DNA of 64,000 nucleotides from Candidatus Woesearchaeota archaeon (GTDB lineage Archaea; Nanobdellota; Nanobdellia; SCGC-AAA011-G17; CAYUTI01): NCBI GenBank assembly GCA_964447685.1, contig CAYUTI010000003.1, positions 7,026 to 71,025 of the forward strand, read 5' to 3'. Shown piece by piece: positions 56,633 to 64,000 of this stretch (position 1 is its first letter; each line of letters starts with the position of its first letter). The notes under the pieces were generated by a model. It saw only the letters and a program-made list of their open reading frames with translations, ran no database searches and was not told where the DNA came from. The position numbers and the translations under genes were made by a program.

Positions 56633-57832
56633 CTATAATATGAAGAATAGGATCACGGGAAGAATTAAACAACCCATTAAATGATTTCTACCTGTACCTT
56701 TAATTGGAGGAAGTATTCCTAAAGCAGTAGAGGTCAATAGAAGTAGCAATCCTAACGGTCCTGATAAAGCAATAGTCATTAGAATTATAAAAATAATTAC
56801 ACTAATACATAATTTGTTGTAGTTTAGTTTGTAAATGTTTTTTGCGAAGAACTTTGAAAGATAAATTGCTATAAAAGTCGCTATTGATCCTGCTATCAAA
56901 ACCGTTGCAGTTGCAATGATTAAATGTTTAGTGGTGAATTCAGGGAGGATTTGTGATATTGCTACAATTGCGCCATTTCTTGCTTTGTTAATTAAGTATA
57001 AGCTGATGAAACTCATTATGAAATTAACTGTATTTATCCCCCCTACCATGATTAAGAAACCTTTGTTACCTAAATTTTTTGTTAATGATGAACCTAAAAT
57101 GGCTGCTTGTGCAGAGCCCATTCCTGGAAGAAGTGAGACTAAAGTCCCGGAGAATAAAGAAATTAAAATTGCTTTTAGTGCTATTGACTTTTTTATAATC
57201 GGAGTTGTTATATTTTGTTTAGGTATTACTGACTTTTCAAATAATGAAATGAGTAAGCCTGATGTTCCAAATAGTCCGGAAAGTAATGGGAATAAGGGAT
57301 TTCTTATAGGAAGATTTAAAGTGGTTATTCCTAAAGTTCCTGCAGATAAGAAAAAGATTAAAGCCCAGAGCTTCCGTTTTTCTCTTAGAATTAGGATTAG
57401 TGATGCTGCGATTAATAAGTAGGGTACAGAGGTGTTTAAGTAGGGAAGAATATAATTTGTTGTTATTAATAAAGTTGGAATTAATGCTGTTGCTAAAATT
57501 AATGAGGATAAGGAGCCTATTACAGTTAGAGTTAATGCTTCATGTCCTTGTCCTTGGAGAAGCATTCTATGGCCTGGTAAAACATTTAGAACTTGATCGG
57601 GATCTGGTGCGGAAAGATAAATTGCAGGTAATGCATCACAGAATGATTGAGTAACTGCCATGGCTATTATGAAAAGTGAAATTGGCAAGGGGGTGGTTAT
57701 TTCTAAAAGCACTGGCGAAATTGAGATGAGGAAAAGAGTTACTGTGTTTACGTGTAGGCCTACAATGCAACCTGTGATTGTTCCTGCTATAATTCCAATA
57801 AATATTGCAAGTATAATATGGACTAATAACAT
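56633..57832 (-). CDS. TctA/DUF112-family multi-pass membrane protein
   Basis: ~10 TM helices with LPGxGSAQAAILG-type repeats characteristic of TctA/DUF112. Confidence 0.55.
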   Translation of the reverse strand: MLLVHIILAIFIGIIAGTITGCIVGLHVNTVTLFLISISPVLLEITTPLPISLFIIAMAVTQSFCDALPAIYLSAPDPDQVLNVLPGHRMLLQGQGHEALTLTVIGSLSSLILATALIPTLLITTNYILPYLNTSVPYLLIAASLILILREKRKLWALIFFLSAGTLGITTLNLPIRNPLFPLLSGLFGTSGLLISLFEKSVIPKQNITTPIIKKSIALKAILISLFSGTLVSLLPGMGSAQAAILGSSLTKNLGNKGFLIMVGGINTVNFIMSFISLYLINKARNGAIVAISQILPEFTTKHLIIATATVLIAGSIATFIAIYLSKFFAKNIYKLNYNKLCISVIIFIILMTIALSGPLGLLLLLTSTALGILPPIKGTGRNHLMGCLILPVILFFIL

Positions 57833-58182
57833 TTTTTAGTAATTAGGTCTGCCTCTATTTCTGTTATATTTTCGTAAATTGTTACTTTTCCTTTAACTAT
57901 TAAATAATCACCTTTCTTAATCTCTGGAGCTGTTTCTGTGAATAGGATTATTGGAATTTCAGAAGTTTTATCTTTAAGGTTTAAGATTATAGTGGTGTTT
58001 GTTACTGTGATTCGTTTAACTGTTCCTTCTACTTTTACTTGTTGATCTAGAATTGGATTATTTTGAATTGTTTTGATATTGCTGGTTTGTAATTCGAAAG
58101 ACTCTATAATTGTTAAAAGTATAAAAATTCCTACTAAAAAGGTAATTAAAGAGGCGGTGAAAATGTTTTTTTGTGAAACCAT
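57823..58182 (-). CDS. membrane-anchored OB-fold-like protein
   Basis: N-terminal TM then beta-rich domain (VKVEGTVKRITVTNTTIILNL...KGKVTIYE). Confidence 0.4.
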   Translation of the reverse strand: MVSQKNIFTASLITFLVGIFILLTIIESFELQTSNIKTIQNNPILDQQVKVEGTVKRITVTNTTIILNLKDKTSEIPIILFTETAPEIKKGDYLIVKGKVTIYENITEIEADLITKKCY

Positions 58183-58283
58183 TAGTGTTTATGATTTAGT
58201 TGGTTATTAAATAATTAATCTTTTTTTAAAATATATTTTGGAGTTTGAGTAAAGTTTTTAAATAAGTAATTTATTTTATCATT

Positions 58284-58466
58284 ATGGATTTAAAAAAGAA
58301 TTTGGCCGGAATTGTTATTGCTTTATCTATAAGTTCTACTGCTCTTTGTAGTGATAGTGAGAATCCTAATAAATTCTTGAAATATGCTTCTGTTGCAAGT
58401 TATCTTGCTGCTTGTAGTTATGTTTTTTATAAAAAAAATGAATCTTTGTACAAGAAAGACCAATAG
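58284..58466 (+). CDS. hypothetical small secreted protein
   Basis: 60 aa with a signal-peptide-like N-terminus. Weak. Confidence 0.25.
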   Translation: MDLKKNLAGIVIALSISSTALCSDSENPNKFLKYASVASYLAACSYVFYKKNESLYKKDQ

Positions 58467-58497
58467 TTTTATAAAATCTCAAATTCTTAGTTTAATT

Positions 58498-59511
58498 ATG
58501 GATGTTAAACAAAAATTAGAATTGATTAAAAGAAATACTCAAGAGATTATTGGTGAAGAAGAGTTAGATAAACTTGTTAAGAAAGGTAATCTTAAGGTTT
58601 ATTTAGGTACAGAGATTAGTGGAAGACCTCATGTAGGTTATTTTTTACCAGCTATGAAGATTAAAGATTTTTTGGATGCTGGTTGTGAGGTTCAATTTTT
58701 GTTAGCGGATTTACATGCTATGCTTAATGATCTTAAAAGCACTTATGAGCAGTTAGATTTTCGTTTTCAGTATTATGAAATTGTTATTAAGGCTTTATTA
58801 GAGTCTGCGGGAGCAGATACTTATAAACTAAAGTTTGTTAAAGGTTCTGATTTCCAATTAAAACCTGATTATACTTTAGATATGTATAAGTTAGCAGCTA
58901 TGAGCACACTACATGATTTAAATAAAGCTGCTTCAGAAGTTGTTAGACAAAGTAAAAATCAAAAGATGGGTGGATTAATTTATCCTATTATGCAGGCTTT
59001 GGATGAAGAATACCTTGGTGTTGATGCTCAGTATGGTGGTGTTGATCAACGTAAAATATTAATGTTTGCTCGAGAGAATTTACCTAAATTAGGATATAAA
59101 CCTAGGGTTGAAATTATGACCCCTATGATTCCTGGTTTACAGGGTGGAAAGATGAGTTCTTCTGATGCTTCGTCTAAAATTGATTTAATTGATGATGAAG
59201 CTACAATAAAGAAAAAAATGAATAAAGCTTATTGTGTTGAGGGTTCTGTTGAAGATAATGGAGTTTTGGCTTTTGTTGAGAATGTTCTTTTTGTACTTAA
59301 AGATGAATTTTTAATTTCAAGACCTGAAAAGTTTGGTGGAGATTTAAAATATACTTCTTATAGTGATTTGGAGAAAGATTATGTTGCTAAAAAATTACAT
59401 CCTATGGATTTGAAAAATGCAGTAGCTGGTGAGATTAATAAAATGGTTGAACCTATCCGTAAGGCCATGAAAGGTAAAGAAAGTTTAATTAAAAAAGCTT
59501 ATCCCGAGTAA
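58498..59511 (+). CDS. tyrS: tyrosyl-tRNA synthetase (archaeal type)
   Basis: GRPHVGY (HIGH-type), KMSSS (KMSKS-type). Start at MDVKQKL; the track's upstream extension overlaps the small ORF. Confidence 0.9.
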   Translation: MDVKQKLELIKRNTQEIIGEEELDKLVKKGNLKVYLGTEISGRPHVGYFLPAMKIKDFLDAGCEVQFLLADLHAMLNDLKSTYEQLDFRFQYYEIVIKALLESAGADTYKLKFVKGSDFQLKPDYTLDMYKLAAMSTLHDLNKAASEVVRQSKNQKMGGLIYPIMQALDEEYLGVDAQYGGVDQRKILMFARENLPKLGYKPRVEIMTPMIPGLQGGKMSSSDASSKIDLIDDEATIKKKMNKAYCVEGSVEDNGVLAFVENVLFVLKDEFLISRPEKFGGDLKYTSYSDLEKDYVAKKLHPMDLKNAVAGEINKMVEPIRKAMKGKESLIKKAYPE

Positions 59512-59512
59512 A

Positions 59513-60289
59513 ATGAATATTCTTAAGATTAAAAGTTCTCTTGGTGGTTTGGAGAAGAAAGGTTCTGAGAAAGGAGTTGATTTGGTAGTTTCTGCCTTAG
59601 AAGATTTTTATGTTAATGAGTTTAATTGGAGTTCTGAAGTTAAGGTTTCTGAGGTTCCGATTGATATTTCTAATATTGAGGAGACTAATGCTAGGATCTT
59701 TGAAATGGTTAAGAATTTTGAAGGAGTAATCATTGGAGGAGACCATAGTATTACTTATCCTGCTTTTAGTGCATTTAGTTCTAGGTTTAGTAATCCTGGT
59801 TTGATTGTTTTTGATGCGCATCCTGATTGTGAGAATGATTTTAAACCGCCAAGTCATGAGGATTATTTGAGGGTTCTTATTTCTGAGGGAAAGGTTAAGG
59901 CTTCAAATGTTATTTTAGTTGCTGTTCGTAATATGCACAGGAATGAGAGCAATTTTATCAAAGAGAAGGGTATTAAAGTTTTTAAGATGAAAGATATTTT
60001 TGGTAGAGTTGATGAGGTTTGTGATGATGTTATGGAAATGGCTCGTGAGTGGGATGGTTTGTATTTGAGTTTGGATATTGATGCTGTTGATCCTGCTTTT
60101 GCACCTGGAACTGGATATTGTGAGCCAGGTGGGTTGAGTTCTCGTGAAATGATTTATTTTGTTCAAAGATTGAAGTTGTTGAAGAATCTGAAAGTTGTTG
60201 ATTTAGTTGAAATTAATCCTGATTTAGATGTTAACGGTAAGACTGTTAAGTTAGGTGCTAAGTTGATTAAGGAGTTGATGAAAGATTAG
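59513..60289 (+). CDS. ureohydrolase (agmatinase/arginase family)
   Basis: GGDHSIT, DAHPD and SLDIDAVDP Mn-binding motifs. Confidence 0.75.
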   Translation: MNILKIKSSLGGLEKKGSEKGVDLVVSALEDFYVNEFNWSSEVKVSEVPIDISNIEETNARIFEMVKNFEGVIIGGDHSITYPAFSAFSSRFSNPGLIVFDAHPDCENDFKPPSHEDYLRVLISEGKVKASNVILVAVRNMHRNESNFIKEKGIKVFKMKDIFGRVDEVCDDVMEMAREWDGLYLSLDIDAVDPAFAPGTGYCEPGGLSSREMIYFVQRLKLLKNLKVVDLVEINPDLDVNGKTVKLGAKLIKELMKD

Positions 60290-60785
60290 GTGTTTCGTAG
60301 CCATATCTCTAGAAAGTAAAGAACTTGATGAATTTAAGAAAAATTTTAATATTGAGGGGGTGAAATTAACTGCTGAGAATCATTTGACTTTGGCTTTTTT
60401 AGGCGATATTGAATATGTTGATAAAATTAAAGAGAAGTTAAATAAAGTTGAGTTTAAAAAGTTCTCTTTAGAAACTGATGAAATTGGATTTTTTCCAAAT
60501 GCAGATTATGTAAAGGTTATTTGGATTGGATTTAAGGAAAGTGTTGGATTAGTTAAACTAAAAGAAGAAATTGATAAGGTTTTAGACTTTAAAGATGATA
60601 AAGAATTTAAACCTCATTTAACAATAGGGAGAGTTAAGTTTGTTAAAGATAAAGATTTATTGAAAGAAAAGTTTCGTAGTGTAAATGTTCCTAAGATCCA
60701 ATTTATTGTTTCTGAATTTAAATTGATAAAAAGTGAATTATTTCCTGAAGGTCCTAAGTATGAAGTTTTAGAAACGTTTAAATAA
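60288..60785 (+). CDS. ligT: LigT/ThpR 2H phosphoesterase (2'-5' RNA ligase family); start codon unclear
   Basis: Two HxT/S motifs (HLTLAFLG, HLTIGRV). Homology (RCFVAISLES...) begins ~25 codons upstream of the first canonical start (GTG 60360), right at the upstream gene's stop. Confidence 0.65.
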   Translation, partial: RCFVAISLESKELDEFKKNFNIEGVKLTAENHLTLAFLGDIEYVDKIKEKLNKVEFKKFSLETDEIGFFPNADYVKVIWIGFKESVGLVKLKEEIDKVLDFKDDKEFKPHLTIGRVKFVKDKDLLKEKFRSVNVPKIQFIVSEFKLIKSELFPEGPKYEVLETFK

Positions 60786-60805
60786 TTCAATTCTTTATTT
60801 TTCTT

Positions 60806-61918
60806 ATGCAAAAAAGAGGACAGATTAGTGGAATGACTTTTGTTTATATACTTGCGGCATTAGTTGCTGCTTTGATTCTTGCCTTTGGTATTAAATGGAT
60901 CTTTGATTTGAATAAAGGAGCTAGTGATATTGAATTAGCTCAATTTATGAATAGTTTTAATAATGAACTTTCTAGGCTGAATGGGTTTGATGTTGGAAGT
61001 AAAAGTGATAGATCCTTTAGTTTGCCTGGTGTTGAGAAGGTTTGTTTTAGTTCTGGAGAAAATGTTAATGAATTTGTAGATAGAGATTTTAATTTTGTTT
61101 TTAATAAGGTTGATAATGTTTATTTCTTTCCTGGAGCTAGTTATAAATTAAATAGATTTATCTTGGAGGAGAGTCCTTTATGTTTAGATGTAGTAAACGG
61201 GAAGGTTCTTTTAAGTTTTGAAAGCATTTCTGAAGGGATAAAAGTGGATAGTTCTGATAAAAAGATTGGTTGCACTGTTGTTTCTTATAGTGGAAATTAT
61301 GAAGATAAAATTGATATTGTCTTTTTGAAAAATGATTATTTTGAAAATCATTTTAAAGAGGATGTAAGTAGATATGTTAGCTTGTTTGATGAAGTTGAAC
61401 CCTTTAATCAATATACAGGTAGGTTTAATTTTTACTTAGTTGATGAGGAAGCAGATTTAGGTTGTGATAGCAATAATGATTTATTATTATGTGATTCTTT
61501 TAAAGTAAAGGAATTAGCTTCTAAATGTCCTAATGATTATATCTATGTTTTAACTAAAAGAAATAAAATTGAGGGATTCTTTGATAGTCTAAGAAGTACT
61601 GCACAGGGAAATGTAATGCATATTAATACGGCTGATAATGATTATGTAGTTTTGCATGAATTTGGACATGCTTTTGGAAACCTTGCTGATGAGTACATCA
61701 TTGGTGGAAGAAGGTATGAAGTTGATGCAGTTAATTGTGGCGAAACTTGTAATAAATGGTCTGCTTTAACAGGAGGATGTTATAATGGTTGTACTTTCGA
61801 AGAGTATTATAGACCTACAGTCAGTTCGATTATGAGAAATTATCGGACTTTTGGTTCTGATAAGTATGGTATTGTTAGTGCTGAAGAATTGTTGAGGAGG
61901 TTAGGTTATTACCAATGA
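60806..61918 (+). CDS. secreted zincin-like metalloprotease (HExxH)
   Basis: N-terminal TM/signal, HEFGHAFGNLADEY zinc-binding motif, several Cys pairs. Confidence 0.5.
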   Translation: MQKRGQISGMTFVYILAALVAALILAFGIKWIFDLNKGASDIELAQFMNSFNNELSRLNGFDVGSKSDRSFSLPGVEKVCFSSGENVNEFVDRDFNFVFNKVDNVYFFPGASYKLNRFILEESPLCLDVVNGKVLLSFESISEGIKVDSSDKKIGCTVVSYSGNYEDKIDIVFLKNDYFENHFKEDVSRYVSLFDEVEPFNQYTGRFNFYLVDEEADLGCDSNNDLLLCDSFKVKELASKCPNDYIYVLTKRNKIEGFFDSLRSTAQGNVMHINTADNDYVVLHEFGHAFGNLADEYIIGGRRYEVDAVNCGETCNKWSALTGGCYNGCTFEEYYRPTVSSIMRNYRTFGSDKYGIVSAEELLRRLGYYQ

Positions 61919-62397
61919 AAGGATTCATTTTATTATTTAGTTTGTTAATGGTTGCTTTAGTTAGTGCGGAGGATATAACTATCTTGAATTTACACTACAG
62001 TTATGGAGAGATTACTTTAAAGGATCAACTTATTAAGGAGGGATATTATCCTGACAGGAACATTAATGAAGGTAATTATCAGATTTTGGTTGTTGAGGGT
62101 GTAGAAAAACTCTATAACTTTAATTTTGAACTTCCTAATTTATTATATTCTGATGGGGGGAGTTCTGAAAATATTACGGGAGAAGTAAAAGAACTTGAAG
62201 AATTTGATTTTAGTTTAGTAGTTCCATATTATCCCGAAGCGGATAAGATTGTAATCGCTTCTGATGGAAATGAACTATTAGAAATTGAAAATCTTAAAGA
62301 GAGTAAAAATTATTATTGGTTGATTCTTGTAAGCTTTTTAGTAATTATCTTTTTAGTATATGTAATTATTAGAAAAAGAAGAAATGCCCTTGAATAG
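61915..62397 (+). CDS. hypothetical secreted protein with a C-terminal TM anchor
   Basis: Signal peptide and C-terminal TM plus basic tail (RKRRN). Confidence 0.4.
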   Translation: MKGFILLFSLLMVALVSAEDITILNLHYSYGEITLKDQLIKEGYYPDRNINEGNYQILVVEGVEKLYNFNFELPNLLYSDGGSSENITGEVKELEEFDFSLVVPYYPEADKIVIASDGNELLEIENLKESKNYYWLILVSFLVIIFLVYVIIRKRRNALE

Positions 62398-62457
62398 TAA
62401 GGTTTATATATAAACTAAGACTTTATTTTTTAAGTCTAATCTTAAAAAGAGGAAAAT

Positions 62458-64000
62458 GATGAAAAAAATAATATTGATTATATTATTAGTGATATTTCTA
62501 TCTAGTTTTGCATCTGCTGAAGTTTATGAAAGAGTATGCAGTGGTAATCCTTGCCGAATGCTTTTTGATGATTATGATACAAGTGGAAATAATAAATATA
62601 CTCTTACTGTTTATGCTTTAGGTGATCTAGGAATTTCAACATATTATACAATCTATAATGAAAAAGCTTTCCTTTATGTTGAAGGACAGATGCTGGGAGT
62701 TATGGATGCTTCGAGAGATACATGTTCTTATACAACCTATCCTTCTCAAAAGGTTACTGTTGATGTTACTAATTATGCTTCAGATGGTCTTTTAACTTTG
62801 GCTTGTTCAGGTTCCTTTGATGTATCTACTCCTGTAGAACCTTGTGGACTTATTTTAGCTTGTTATGCGGTTTTGAGTGTTGAAGAAAATACTAATGAAA
62901 TAATTTGTCCTAGTGATCTTTATCATGATCCTGAATCTAATGATGTGCCTTCTTATGATACCCTACCTTCTGATCCATGCGATCCGGACACTTGTTTGAT
63001 TTGTGTTGGGAGCGAAAAAAGAAATTATTGGTGTGTTGATGAAGAATGGACTTGGGATAGAGAAGTATGGGGTAACGGTTCAGATGGTTTAAGTTCTTGG
63101 TTAGAAGGAGAAGGAACTCATGGAGGAGATGATATTTGTAATGTTAATGGTTATGAATATTGTGATATTGTTACAAGTTGTAGAGGTGATGAAGGTGCAG
63201 TTGATGCAGTTTGTGTACCTCCTGGGCATGGTTCACGTTCTGAAAAATGGATTTATATTGATAGGTTAGGTGATTCTGATTTAATTTTAGAAAATGGAGA
63301 TTTAGGTACTGAGAGTTTGTGCGATGATGGAATTGATAATGATTGTGATGGAGTTATAGATGATCTTGATAATGATTGTTTAATGATTTCTGGAATATGG
63401 GCTACACCTTCTCTTGAAACTTATCCTAATTCAGCGGATATTTTTTGTGATTTTGAAGAGAGCCTGAGTAATGCGGATGCTTATTTATGGTTAGCTACTG
63501 AAAATTCTGTTGATTGGAACAGATTAAATAATGTTAAGATGAATTATAATTCTACTTCGGGATTATATTCTTATAAATGGGATATAACTATTAATGATCT
63601 TGTGGGCCAGAGATATAAAGCAAAATGCTCTTTGATCTCTGATACAGATAGCAGGAGTAATTTTGACCCTAGGTTAAATTTAGTTATTGGAAACACTTTG
63701 CCTATTGCAGATGTTTTCTTTAATTCAACTAATAATAAGATTTATTGTGAGGGAGGAGATTTTGATCAAGCGGAGTCAAGTTTATTAGCTAAGTTCTCTT
63801 TCTGGAATTCAACTAGTTTATTTTATAATAATCAAGTAATGTATTGGGATCCTTCTGAAGGTGTTCATTATACTATTTTACAAAATGTTCCTTCTACTAA
63901 TTATAGTATTAATTGTAGTTTGATTGATTCGGAGGGAGGCATTGGTTTTGATCAATTATTATACAAAGATGATGATCAAGATGGTTATATTGATGAGGAT
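62458..64000 (+). CDS. large secreted Cys-rich surface protein (partial; continues beyond the 3' edge)
   Basis: Manual translation: MMKKIILIILLVIFLSSFASA signal, then an open frame to position 64000 containing CDDGIDNDCDGVIDDLDNDC and DDDQDGYIDED acidic Cys motifs. Missing from the ORF track because it is incomplete. Confidence 0.6.

Noticed and set aside
1-64000. CRISPR arrays, rRNA genes, additional tRNAs
   Set aside because: No regularly spaced direct repeats with unique spacers were seen, and no rRNA-like GC-rich blocks. Only one cloverleaf-capable sequence (tRNA-Lys at 34905-34980) was found by eye. A tRNAscan or Infernal run would be needed to exclude others.

Overview
This is an AT-rich archaeal window, most likely from a small-genome (DPANN-like) archaeon. 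It is unusually dense in replication and information-processing genes: MCM (partial, running off the 5' edge), TBP, IleRS, RFC small and large subunits, FEN1, Trm5, family-B DNA polymerase, MetAP, CDC48, RadB, topoisomerase I, SerRS, tRNA-Lys(CUU), ArgRS, LonB, an Orc1/Cdc6–PolD small–PolD large operon, TyrRS and LigT. A classic archaeal oriC lies immediately upstream of orc1/cdc6: two inverted ORB-like elements flank a ~265-bp extremely AT-rich DUE. Two accessory regions stand out.

(1) 10.9–18.7 kb, between lemA/htpX and trm5/fen1. Short cassette-like genes (a MazG-like NTPase, Cys-rich secreted proteins, a surface-anchored protein) are each bracketed by perfect 9–14-bp inverted repeats. They are embedded in a family of GC-rich, hairpin-rich mosaic repeat modules that occur in both orientations and are confined to this interval. 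This array sits directly upstream of a XerC/D-like tyrosine recombinase, a HerA/FtsK-like ATPase and a 662-aa membrane protein. It looks like a recombinase-associated cassette array or integrated element and is the best candidate for something undescribed.

(2) 35.0–44.2 kb, next to tRNA-Lys. This island carries a second, paralogous tyrosine recombinase overlapped by an HNH endonuclease, a PadR regulator, a Fic/Doc-family protein with a degenerate active-site motif (QPFQDGNKR), membrane proteins, and two paralogous coiled-coil+wHTH proteins, each preceded by its own helically phased short-repeat array.

Other oddities: a 402-aa coiled-coil gene wedged between the two RFC subunits; LigT homology that extends upstream of any canonical start codon; and a large Cys-rich secreted protein running off the 3' edge. 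No CRISPR arrays or rRNA genes were seen.
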